Positions 1-9,786 of a DNA stretch of 20,039 nt are shown in pieces. Positions within the stretch are counted from its first letter, which is position 1; each line of letters starts with the position of its first letter. This DNA comes from Octopus sinensis (lineage: Eukaryota), in NCBI RefSeq assembly GCF_006345805.1, contig NW_021824075.1, positions 1 to 20,039 of the forward strand, read 5' to 3'. The notes under the pieces were generated by a model, which saw only the letters and a program-made list of their open reading frames with translations, was not told the DNA's origin and ran no database searches. The position numbers and the translations under genes are program-made.

Positions 1-300
1 GAAAAGAAGGGGGCAAAGAAACAAAGAGAGAGAGAAAGAGGGACGAAGGCACAAAGTGGGGAGAGAAGAGAGAGAAAGAAGGAATTAAAGAGGGGAGAAG
101 AAAGAGTGCGTGCCAAGGATTGGCTAGTGAGTGCAAAGTGAGAAAGACAGAGAATTGTGAGAGAGTGGGGGGAAGAGTAGACCAAAGAATCAGAGAAAAG
201 GAGGAGAAGTAGCGAGAGAGGGAGAGAGAAGGGGACAGATCAAAGTAGAATGCAAATATATATATACATACATACATACATAGATTACATTCATATATTA
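1..300. repeat. GA-rich purine tract followed by (TA)/(TACA) microsatellite
   Basis: Almost purine-only on + for 1-240, then atatat and acatacatacata. Confidence 0.85.
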
Positions 301-343
301 CATCAGTATACAAGATTCTTGAGCTAAAAGTGTTTTAAACATT

Positions 344-428
344 GGATTTCACAAAAAGATTCTGAATTATTTCTAATGCAGATCGGATTTCACAAAAAGA
401 TTCTGAATTATTTCTAATGCAGATCGGA
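344..428. repeat. Perfect 41-bp tandem duplication
   Basis: ggatttcacaaaaagattctgaattatttctaatgcagatc occurs at 344-384 and 385-425, followed by gga. Confidence 0.95.
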
Positions 429-605
429 AATATTTTGTTTCCGAAGTTTTATCTATGATTTAATGTAAGCGGAGACTCTTTGCTACGACATTAAATCCAG
501 AAAATAAGATAAAAATAAGATTTTAAAATATTTGGTATACAGTTATACGTAAGTCGTATAGAGTCGTCTTTGGATTTTGTTTTCATTGATCTTTGATGCA
601 CGATC

Positions 606-609
<4 letters not shown>

Positions 610-636
<27 letters not shown>

Positions 637-838
637 GTGTGTTTGTGTGTGTGTGTGCATGTGTGTGTGTGCATGTGTGTATCTGTATGTTTTTGTGTGT
701 GTGTGTATATAATCATGTATATAAATATATGTATATGTATATTTATATATTGCTATATATTACATATTGTATATACGTATATATATTCAATATATAATGT
801 ATATGCATGTATGAGCATATGTATTTGTATAAGCATGC

Positions 839-880
<42 letters not shown>

Positions 881-925
881 TATATGTAAATACATTATAT
901 ATATACATGTGTGTATGTGTAGATG
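610..925. repeat. Compound (TG)n/(TA)n microsatellite
   Basis: Visible directly; accounts for the CV/YI-rich ORFs in the track. Confidence 0.95.
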
Positions 926-931
926 GGTGTT

Positions 932-1052
932 GAAGGCGCATGGCTCAGTGTTAGGTCGTGAGATCGATTTCCAGAGGCGCTCTGTGTCCTTGAGCAAGAT
1001 ACTTTATTTCACGTTACTCCTGTCCACTCAGCAGACAAAAATGTGTGTGTGT

Positions 1053-1107
<55 letters not shown>
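932..1107 (+). mobile_element. Partial tRNA-type SINE followed by (TG)n
   Basis: A-box-like TGGCTCAGTG, degenerate B box (gatcgatttcc), core gtgtccttgagcaagatactttatttcac. A related core lies at 3535-3595 (gttcgactcc...cttgagcaaaacacttcattgcac). (TG)n runs 1042-1107. Confidence 0.65.
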
Positions 1108-1112
<5 letters not shown>

Positions 1113-1205
1113 GGAGTGAAAGAATCCTCATGTTCCAACTCAATAAAATGTGGGTTTTATGTACTTATTCAGTCATTTATTTATTTTATTTTTTCTTCAT
1201 TTTAG

Positions 1206-1314
1206 CCTTCTTCCTTCTCCAAGACGGCAAACGAGATATTATCCATACCAGCTTACAGATCTCGCTTTGGATCCACTCTTGCTGTCGCCGATTTTGATAT
1301 GGATAAACATAACG
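1206..1314 (+). CDS. Integrin alpha subunit, first exon in window (start of penultimate FG-GAP blade)
   Basis: Pyrimidine-rich acceptor ttttcttcattttAG (ends 1205) and donor GTaaga (1315). Translates PSSFSKTANEILSIPAYRSRFGSTLAVADFDMDKHN(D), an FG-GAP motif (FG..LAVAD) with a Ca-loop-like DxDxD. Ends in phase 1 and joins exon 6572 in frame. Confidence 0.88.
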
Positions 1315-1819
1315 GTAAGAGAAAAGTCATAATGTAGTTTCTATTTCAGTAGTTAAAAGCACCAGATTTTCGAGAGGCCGAAGTCGTGATAGTGATTTAC
1401 GTTCACAAATAAAGATTTTTTAGATTTTAGTTTTGAAATTTGAAACGATATTGCAAGATTGCAGAATATTTTGGTCTGGAATTTATTTTCCTACAGTACT
1501 CAGCTCTAGTATAAATTCATTGAGCTGAAGACCAGCATTTGTAAAAAGAGAGAAAATACATCTGCATAACTTTTTATGTTGCAGGTGACTCGGAACATTA
1601 GCTTTTAACGGGGATCAAGTAACGGTATTTTATTCAATAGAAGTCAACTTACATCATATAAATATAAGGTTAGGTTTTAAGTTACTGGTTAACGGTGCTT
1701 CAAGGAAGCTCAATAAAGTTGATACTCCTGAAAACAGGACTAATTAACCACTGATGAAAGCAACTGATGGTAAAGCTGTTTGTCACCTTCTTTTACGATG
1801 ATGTATGAATATTTATTAA

Positions 1820-2020
1820 TGATTGATTGATTGAGTGAGTGGGTGAGTGACAGCTGTATTAGTGAAGTACATTCAGCTAGCCTGGTAATACTGTTTGATG
1901 AAAACGTGTGAATAGTGATTAAAGATTGACTCCTTGGTGTTAAAGATTGATTCGTTGGTATTAACCGTATTAGTGAAGTGCATTTTGTTGACGATTTGGC
2001 AATACAGCATGGTAACACAT
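1820..2020. repeat. Degenerate short tandem repeats
   Basis: (TGAT)/(TGAG) run; gtattagtgaagt at ~1856 and ~1967; adjacent 21-mers ttaaagattgactccttggtg and ttaaagattgattcgttggta. Confidence 0.6.
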
Positions 2021-2254
2021 AGCGTAACATAATTCTTAAAGAGGATCACAATGGCAAAGGTGGATCTTAGAATTACAAGTACAGTCCATCCGACGGGCTT
2101 CCATACAATTTCTATCTAATTTGATTCTCGCGACTCAGGTCAATCTGAAGTTTATGGTAAATGTATTTCACCGAGATTGAACTCGAAGCTTCACGTTGCG
2201 AAGTGACTTTTCTTCAACCGATAACCCACTTTGGAGTCTTTTTAAAGACACATT

Positions 2255-2660
2255 TTATCTTTTATATTTTTCTTGTTTCAGTCATTAGCCTGCGGTCATC
2301 CTGGAGCACCGCCTTGAATTTTTAGTCGAATGATTCGACCCCTGTTCTTCTTTTTTAAGCTTGGTACTTATTCAATCGGGTTCTTTTGCCGAAGCGCTAA
2401 GTTACGGGGATGCAAAACACAACCAACACCAGCTGTCAAGTGGTGGCGGTGAGGGGTACAAACAGACAGAAAGATACATACACGTAGATATATGTATCTA
2501 CGTGCATATATTTATATAAACGACGGCTTTCTTTCAGTTTCCGTCTGCCAAATCTACTCACAGGGCTTTGGTCAACTCGCGGCTATAGTAGAAGACATTT
2601 GCCCAAGGTACCACACAATAGTACTGAACCTGGAACTATGTGGTTGGAAACAACCATATA
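2255..2660 (-). mobile_element. Composite SINE (tRNA-like head, internal microsatellite, 3' tail)
   Basis: Reverse complement reads ...gttccaggttcagt...accttgggcaaatgtcttctactatagcc...gaccaaagcc...acggaaactgaaagaaagccgtcg-(TA/AC repeat)-...ccgtaacttagc...aagtacc...gtcga...aaggcggtgctccag...tgactgaaacaag. The same organisation occurs on + at 4915-5425. An older related fragment may lie at ~2050-2230. Confidence 0.75.
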
Positions 2661-3171
2661 CATATTAATAGCCTGAACTTATTAACACGCACACACACAC
2701 AATAACTACCCAGGTAAGAAATATAGTATCATGTAACAGGATTCGGAAAAAGGACGAAGTTTATTTCTTACGCTACTCCATTATAAAAAGTGTTTGACAT
2801 ATATACGGCTATCAGAGATAACTGGTTAGTAGGTTAGTATTTTTTATGATTTAACACATTAATGATGCTGTTAAATTGATTTACCCAAATGTTAGAATTG
2901 GGAGAAAATATTATTAGTTTATAAGCTGACCAACGTCTGCCTAATCTGTTCTTTTTCTAGTATTTTAGCAAACTTACACATTCAAAATTTTTTCTAAGTT
3001 CTTTTTTCTGCATCTAATTTGTTGTCAGTTTTCGATGCCTGTGGGTTTTTGTAAGATTTTCTGAGTCAATAGATTGATGGATTTTGCTGCAGTTGTCTCA
3101 TACTATTTCTCTTTTCCGCCTCTGTTTCTCTCGTGAAACTCGAATAAAGCAAGTAGTTTTTTTGTTGAAAG

Positions 3172-3172
<1 letters not shown>

Positions 3173-3218
<46 letters not shown>
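3173..3218. repeat. (TG)n(CG)n alternating purine-pyrimidine tract
   Basis: Visible directly. Confidence 0.9.
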
Positions 3219-3219
<1 letters not shown>

Positions 3220-3289
3220 TTCTCTTCTTTTCTCATTTGACTCTCAGTCTGTCTATTGCTCACGCATTTGCACATTAATACAATCAATA

Positions 3290-3480
3290 TACGAGAGAGT
3301 GTGGAAAAGTCCCTGCCTTTGGCTAAAAGAAAATACAAGAGGATCAGTTAATTATGATTTTATTCAACATATTCCTCTCTCAGATTCACACACTTATTGC
3401 AGCGGTCCTTCAGTTTTACAAAACTCTGCAACAGAACGCAGAAGGTTGGGCCTCCAATCAGGCCTTTCGTGACACTCTCA
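3290..3480 (-). mobile_element. Mariner (Tc1/mariner) 3' end: terminal inverted repeat plus transposase C-terminus
   Basis: TA at 3288-3289, then TACGAGAGAGTGTGGAAAAGT, a mariner-type TIR (tacgagg...aaaagt). The minus frame ends FVKLKDRCNKCVNLREEYVE-stop (3360), matching the mariner C-terminal 'KL..RW.KC....GDYVE' motif. The other end is not seen. Confidence 0.75.
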
Positions 3481-3509
3481 AAGCCAGAAACTCTAGTGGC
3501 TAGAGTGTG

Positions 3510-3745
3510 GCGCACAATATTGCTAGATTGTGTGTTCGACTCCTGGAGCAGATGACGCGTTACATTCTTGAGCAAAACACTTCATTGCACGTTGTGTTTT
3601 GCGAGTGGGAGAGTGGCAGAATCGTTGACGCGTCGGCAGAGGTACTTTATAATATAATATATCTTCGGCTCGCTACATTCTAAGTTCAAATTCCACCTAC
3701 CTAGAGAGGGCAACGGAAAACCACTCCAGTATTCATTCCAAGTCT
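3510..3745 (+). mobile_element. Adjacent degenerate SINE fragments
   Basis: B-box gttcgactcc; a second head with tggcagaatcgtt and aagttcaaattcc; then gggcaacggaaaaccactccagtatt, which resembles the RTE-derived SINE tail motif ggcaaaccactccagtat (recalled from memory). Confidence 0.5.
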
Positions 3746-4487
3746 AGCCATGAATGGCCAAAGTTCAAATAATCTACTTAACGGCAGCAGGAAAGGGTAC
3801 GGGCTCTTCCATATCTTATAGAGTGTGCTGGAGAAGATCTACATGCACTGGAACTGTCCAATGGCAGTCCACCACTAGGCTAGATCTATAGATGTATTAT
3901 GTCGTGTTTCTCGCAGGAAAGGAGTAAATTCATGGCCCTCTCCAGACTGCATAATCTGCACTGAGTAGAGCATTTAAAAAACGGAAGGTTGCATAGACGA
4001 AAAACGAAATAGATATTCATGAAAAGAACGGGCCTTTTATAGGCTTATGATTTTAATACAGAATTCGGTCGTATTTCCCAAACAAGTTGATCAATTATAA
4101 CTGTTGGATCTTATCCTAATCTCTGTTAGAATCAGTTATATTTGCACAGGCTACCACCGTCTCATTTTTGTATACATGAAAAGTGTAAGCTGGCACGCGT
4201 GTGTATAAACGTGTGTGTGCGGATGTGCTTGCCTTTGTGTGTAACAGAAGCCAATAATAGCAGTCGTCGAAAAAGTTATTTTCATTGATTTTCTGGTCAC
4301 ACATATTAGAATTTTGCAACTGTCTTTTAGAGAAGAGTTCAAGTAAACTTCTTGAACTGCTTTATCATTTTACATTTGAAATGCTTCGCACAATAAAGAA
4401 ATTTATTTGTATAATTTCCACCGACTTATTCGTTTGTATTTGTTTTGTTGCCGTTTAGTTTTAATCGTGTATCTGTGTAAGGTATAT

Positions 4488-4557
4488 AGATAGGTAGACA
4501 GGCAGACAGACAGATAGACATACATACAGACAGACAGGCAGGCAGGCAGACAGGCAG

Positions 4558-4591
<34 letters not shown>

Positions 4592-4700
4592 AGATGGAGA
4601 GAGAGAAAGTGTGTGTGAGCGACAGAGAGTGCGTGCATGTGATAGTGTGAAAACGTGTGTGTGTGCATATGCGTATGTGTGTGTGTGTGTGTGTGACTGT
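4488..4700. repeat. Compound (AGAC)/(AGGC)/(TG)n microsatellite
   Basis: Visible directly. Confidence 0.9.
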
Positions 4701-4914
4701 TTGTGCAGTTAATTTTGTTGCTGAGCAAAGGAATACGCTGAACGTCTTCATTCCACATTATGCAAGCTACTATTATCAAGTGACTAAAAGCGAGGTATCC
4801 AATTCTCTTTGCTTTAGGTTGTATTCCAACAACATAAGGTTTCTATTGAGTTTGGTGTAGTGATACGAAACCGTATAAGTCATGTTGAATAAATACTTTT
4901 GAATAATTTACTGA

Positions 4915-5425
4915 AGACGGTTGATCTGTTTCGACCCCACTGAATGGCATCTTGGGCAGGTGTTTTCTTCTATAGCCTCATGACCGACCACTACTTTTTA
5001 AACAAATTTGGTAAACCAAAGCCGCATGGAAGTTCATGTTATGTATGTATGTATGTATGTATGTATGTATGTATGTATGTATTTATGTATGTATTTATGT
5101 ATGTATGTATGTATGTATGTATGTATTTATGTATGTATGTATGCATGCATGCATGCATGCATGTATGTATGTATGTACGTACGGACGTACATATGTATGT
5201 GTGAGTGTATGTATGTGCATGTGCCTGTACCTATGTCTGTTTTTACGATGATGCCAATTGACGGTGACTTTAGCCCCGTAAGCTAGTGGTGCGGCAAAGA
5301 GAAAACGCCTCCATAAGTACCAGACGTATAGCTAAGTACCAGGGTCGACGAGATTTACTATAACCCTTTGAAGGTCGTGTCCCAGCATGGTCATAGTCTA
5401 ATGACGGAAGCAAATAGAAAAAATA
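4915..5425 (+). mobile_element. Composite SINE of the same family as 2255-2660, with an internal (ATGT)n expansion
   Basis: cttgggcaggtgttttcttctatagcc...gacc; (ATGT)n at 5040-5220; then ccgtaagctag...ataagtaccag...gggtcga...gaaggtcgtgtcccagcatgg...aatgacggaagc. Confidence 0.7.
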
Positions 5426-6197
5426 TATATCTAGGTCGATGAAGAGTTTACAATACTGTTTCAATAACTGACCGTATACGTGCTGTGTACAGCAGATTAG
5501 TAGCAAAACGGCATATGGAGAGCTTATCCGTTTCACCAGTCTACTGGACTTGTGTCCATTACACTTTTGTTACGTCACGACTTTGAGAAAGTCATGAACG
5601 TGACAAATTCCATTTCAAAGTTAATAAAAAAAAATGTTTTAAGCCTTCAATAGACTTAATAGATTCTACTGAGTGTGAATATTGAAGAATCTAGTACTTG
5701 GTACTATCTCATAAGCATGTAACTTAAATAATATACATAATAGGATATTTCTGTTTAATAGTTAACACATCGAGATCGACGAAAATATTACCAATAATAT
5801 ACAGTGGGTGAAGTGATCGATTATTCTCTTCCTTTAATAAAGAAGAGTCTGTTATTAAACACAGAAATTCATTACAACTTCACATATTCAATTTTAAAAT
5901 TTGGGATCAAAATGAAATTATGCAGTAACCCTGTCGTTTGCAACTACGAACGACACTTTACTTTGGTAATTATTTCAACTCTGAGGAAGGAAAGAAGGAA
6001 TAGAAGAACAAATGAAGAACAGTTGAAAGGGACAGAAATGGAAAGGAATTGTTTATATTTCGACGTTTCAAAAGTTCCTACGAAGAACAACATTCATTTC
6101 ACTGGTTTATTGAAGTCGGGCAGTTTTTCAAACTGGATTTTCTCGACGAGATTTTTTTTTACTGTTAATACCTAATACTACTCAACAATAGATCTAA

Positions 6198-6380
6198 GTT
6201 GTTGATGTTTAACCTCAAGTAAGCCCTGATCAGAGACATTCGAATAGTGGCTATACTATCTTTTTCATACATGCAGGGGGTCCTGGATACATTATCCAAC
6301 ATATCCTTTTCGAAGGTGGTCCTTTGAATGAAATTTGATGAATTTCTCGCTGACTGAACGACCTATAAAGGCTTCTTCAC
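6198..6380 (-). mobile_element. Old fragment of the interspersed repeat also at 9787-10010
   Basis: Starts gttgttgatgtttaacctcaagtaagccctgatc...gacattc, parallel to gttgttgctaagccgcaggtcaa...gatcaaagacattcc at 9790. Confidence 0.45.
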
Positions 6381-6571
6381 AGATTTGTAGTATCTAAATT
6401 ATTAAAAATGGTGTTGTTTTGTGGTTGTTGTTTTTTGGGAGTTCTTTTCGTGTTAATAAACATTCAGTACATATACTGCCTTATAATGAACAAGTAAATA
6501 AATGGACATAGTTTTCTCAAAGACACACTGGTAACGTATCGTAAAACAATGTCGCAACGTTTATTTTCCAG

Positions 6572-6757
6572 ATGTCCTAGTTGGGGCTCCTTACGAAAAT
6601 GATGGCATCGGTTGTATCTATTTATTTAACAGTGACGGAAAATTACTTAAGAAAACACCCTCACAAAGAATTGAAGGTACTAAAATAAATAACAACATCA
6701 GATCTTTTGGAATATCTTTTTCCCGCACCGTTGATATTGATAAAAATGGATACCCAG
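6572..6757 (+). CDS. Integrin alpha subunit exon (FG-GAP blades 6-7)
   Basis: Acceptor tttattttccAG and donor GTaaga; 186 nt, phase 1-1. Translates (D)VLVGAPYENDGIGCIYLFNSDGKLLKKTPSQRIEGTKINNNIRSFGISFSRTVDIDKNGYP(D): GAP motif, the SQRIEG linker typical of integrin alpha chains, and a canonical DIDKNGYPD Ca loop. Confidence 0.96.
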
Positions 6758-7588
6758 GTAAGAAATGTATTATTATTGTGTAGGTTACATAGGTTAGAAA
6801 TACGGCAAAGTTTTTTACTGCTTATGTCACTCTAGTTTTTTGTGTCACTACTAACTTACCCAAACATTACTAAAATATCTTGCCAACTTCTCGAAATACT
6901 CTTAAGATCAAATTGATGTCGACGCTGTTACCACAATGTAGGTTGAATTTGATCAGTCTCACTGATCTTAGTATATAACTCTTTAGAACATGGTCATAGA
7001 TAACACGTTATTTACTACAGCTAACTGATATAATCAGCGAGAAAGGTGCAAATTTAGAAATGTAACATTGCACCGTTTATTATGCATTCTCCTTTAAGTT
7101 GGAATTGTGTTTGAGACATTCACAGCACAAATTTGTTTCAACTAGTTTCCTTGTCATTATAAGAAAATGCGTGGACTTGATATGGATGAACACGGCAGAA
7201 AATTTACTAACTTCAAGATGAAAACCTAATTACTATTTGCTTAAACACAAATTAAATGAATGGATAGAAAGTCTGAAATCCAATGAGCTTTTATTTATTG
7301 AATGTCTTTAAAATAAGAAAGCTTGGTGGGAGGACAGAACGGCAATAACAAGGTATGACACAAGGAAGTTCTTGCAAATAGAAAAAAAATAGTAAGAAAG
7401 TATCTCGTAGTTTTCACTATGATACATCAGATAAAAGAAAATAATATCAACTATGTTTTACTCATATCATCGAAGAATAGGCTGAAGTATTAAAACTTGC
7501 AATCCACTTCTAAATCGCATGTAGAATGTAATAAGACAGTTAATGGGCTCTAATTTTCATAGACGTGCAAGTATGTTAGGTTTCAGAG

Positions 7589-7693
7589 ATTTGGCCCCTC
7601 AGATCACCCGAACTAGTTATTGCTGTTGGAGCTTACCTTTCGGATCAAGCTGTCGTACTTCAAAGCCGGCCAGTCATCAAACTATTTCTATAG
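7589..7693 (+). pseudogene. Truncated tandem duplicate of integrin exon 3 with its acceptor
   Basis: 7617-7682 matches 8333-8398 at 63/66 nt, and the ~28 nt upstream of the AG match with 4 mismatches. Reads (V)IAVGAYLSDQAVVLQSRPVIKLFL-stop (TAG 7691-7693). Confidence 0.9.
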
Positions 7694-8008
7694 GATCTCG
7701 TTAGAACCAAGAACTGGGAGAGAAACCAGGCCACACTGAAACATTAAGAGCTGTATATTTACTTAAAATTTTTCAGTCAGGCACTGCAGAAGCCAAAACT
7801 TGCACATGTATTCACCAGTTCTTTCAGGCGTGAAACAGTTCCAGTTCTCTGGGAGTGTGTCATTTGTCATTCGCAAAAAGCAGACAAGCCTAAAAGAAAA
7901 AAACATAAATATTGCAATTACCGTTCATGACTACGTACACTTAAACCTTTAAAGAAATTCCTAAAGGGCGGCGGTTGAATAACCACGAAGATAGCCATAA
8001 TCTTCATA

Positions 8009-8112
8009 CGAATTTTGTCGTGACCGACTTTACTCTTTTCATCCTACAATAGCTTAATAAAACAACTCAAACTTTTGAGTGTTTTGAAGCGATTGTACTC
8101 CACTTCTGCAAT
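8009..8112 (+). repeat. Intronic block duplicated at 8786-8887
   Basis: Manual alignment gives about 22 mismatches plus a 2-nt gap over ~103 nt, mostly transitions. The 777 nt offset is close to the 716 nt offset of the exon-3 copies. Confidence 0.85.
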
Positions 8113-8290
8113 CATCATCAATAGCGATCTACAACCGTATTAAGTATTTTTATTTAATAGTGTGTTTACAATAAGCAAGCATGATATTCGATGTTTCTTT
8201 AAATCATAAGTACTAATTCTAACTCAACTTCATATTTTTTCCAGTAATTTTTATCATGTTCAATAATGTTTACAAGAAAAACTTATTTAA

Positions 8291-8332
8291 ACTAACTTTT
8301 CTGTATTTTGCCACTCAAATCACCTGAACTAG
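8291..8332 (+). promoter_or_regulatory. Branch point (aCTAAC) and AG-free zone of the exon-3 acceptor
   Basis: CTAAC at 8292-8296 is followed by a T-rich run, with no AG until the acceptor at 8331-8332. Confidence 0.55.
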
Positions 8333-8527
8333 ATATTGCTGTTGGAGCTTACCTTTCGGATCGAGCTGTCATACTTCAAAGCCGGCCAGTCATCAAACCA
8401 CATAAGAGTCTGGTAGTTACACCAAAAATACTGCAATCCTTTTTGGATCCGATTTGGCAGACAAATGGGGACATAATAGTAAATGTTACCCTTTACATGT
8501 TCTTTTCCGGTGGAAATTATGATTTAG
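8333..8527 (+). CDS. Integrin alpha subunit exon (end of propeller, start of thigh domain)
   Basis: Acceptor gaactAG and donor GTgagc; 195 nt, phase 1-1. Translates (D)IAVGAYLSDRAVILQSRPVIKPHKSLVVTPKILQSFLDPIWQTNGDIIVNVTLYMFFSGGNYDL; SRPV marks the propeller/thigh boundary in integrin alphas. Lies inside track ORF 8308..8646. Confidence 0.95.
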
Positions 8528-8912
8528 GTGAGCTTGTTGAGATTGCTTTTCTTTTTATTTTATTCTTTGTCATCAATGTAAACGCTAAAAAACAAAAAAA
8601 GACTTCTTTTTATATGGGAAAAAATTCAAACCTAGTTTACAATTAGTTTCATTAAAATCTTTTTTTTTTTAGCATTTTATGTTTAAACGTGTTATTATTT
8701 TCAATGTCTGTTGGGGATTCTGAGTTGGCAGAAATCGTAGATGAAGTGCTTTCACCGTATTTAGTTTCTTTTTTAATTTTTCGTTCGAATTCTGCTGTAA
8801 CTGATTTTGCTTCTTTCACCCTACAAGCTTAATAAAATAACTAAAATTTTCGAGTCTTTTGAAGTAACTATATTCTGCTTCTGCAATTTGTGTTAATATA
8901 CGAAGTGAAATG

Positions 8913-9057
8913 AAGGCGGCGAGATGGCAAAGTCGTTTGCAGCATTTCACGTTCTGAGTTCAAATTCTACCGAGGTGGACTTTACCTTTCATACTTTTGG
9001 GGTTAATAAGATAAGTACCAGTTGAGCACTGGGGTTGATGCAATCGACTTAGCCCGT
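8913..9057 (+). mobile_element. tRNA-derived SINE (family also at 11075-11310 and 15896-16036)
   Basis: ggcggcgagatggcaaagtcg (A box), gagttcaaattc (B box), core cctttcatacttttggggttaataagataagtaccagttgagcactggggttgatgcaatcgact. Confidence 0.8.
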
Positions 9058-9336
9058 TTATTCCACTTGTGGTTACTTGGAACAGAATAATAGTGGTACG
9101 TCAACGAAAGAGGTGTTCTCTTTCCGTCCTGCATCTAAATATGTTTTTGTTTACTTGATGTGTGTAATGATCTTAATTCACGAACAATAAATTGAATACG
9201 GGAGAATGACTTAGAAATAAATGAACTTTAAAAGAATAGCAACCTAATGATAAATTTGCTAATTCTATATACAATATTGCCTAAGAAGGAAAGAAAAACT
9301 ATCAACAAAAATATAATGAAATATTTTTCTCTTTAG

Positions 9337-9479
9337 TTATGAATACAAATTTAAAAGTGGATATTGGAGAACCTGCGAGAAGAAAACGAGTCTATTTGGA
9401 GAATAACCAGAAAGAATACACCAGTTCAGAAAAAATCAAGACGAGTTTTTACGGAAAAGTTTACCAAATCTACGTAAAG
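9337..9479 (+). CDS. Integrin alpha subunit exon (thigh domain)
   Basis: Acceptor tttttctctttAG and donor GTacgt; 143 nt, phase 1-0, open. Translates (V)MNTNLKVDIGEPARRKRVYLENNQKEYTSSEKIKTSFYGKVYQIYVK and links the phase of the flanking exons. The L.VD....RR.F/Y pattern fits the thigh domain. Confidence 0.86.
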
Positions 9480-9786
9480 GTACGTCAAAAATAGTATTGT
9501 TTTATAATGAAGATTTGTTGTGCTTTAAGAACATTGTGTTATTGTATTAAATTCGCGTTGAGAATGTTGAGACAATTGACTTGCAATATATGTCGATTTG
9601 AATCCCTTAACTCAACATAGAAGTGTGGTTTTTAAGAACCAGAATAAAATGTATCGGAACTTTTAATGGATAACTGACTTCCCACAAAATACTTTATTTT
9701 CGGAGAGCCAGTTAGTATGTTATGAAGCAATCCCTCTTCGACTGTAAAGGTACTCGAGTTTATAACAAATAGTTAAAATATAATGA

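Noticed and set aside
577-1297. Track ORFs rich in CV/YI repeats (also 3066-3472, 4426-4860, 4944-5286, 11522-11836, 15717-15953)
   Set aside because: They are translations of microsatellites that lack stop codons. The real exon at 1206-1314 uses a frame the track does not list.
1206-1314. GPLD1 or another FG-GAP protein as the host gene
   Set aside because: The downstream exons give SQRIEG, DIDKNGYPD, SRPV and thigh-domain motifs that are specific to integrin alpha chains.
1585-1624. Possible 40-nt micro-exon (ttgcAG...aacg/GTatt) ending like exon 1, with an FNGD-like stretch
   Set aside because: It gives a stop in the required phase, the donor is weak, and exon 1 already joins exon 2 cleanly. 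The similarity is too short to separate from chance.
4832-4875. ggtttc...cgaaacc pairing suggestive of a hammerhead stem III
   Set aside because: There is no CUGANGA core and no room for stems I and II.
5804-6175. 123-aa ORF on +
   Set aside because: No real ATG start, no recognisable motif, AT-rich intron composition, and it is not needed for the exon chain.
7775-7930. Open frame after tttttcAG (QALQKPKL...ECVICH...)
   Set aside because: No recognisable domain or good donor. It is better explained as the decayed middle of the duplicated unit or an unrelated insert.
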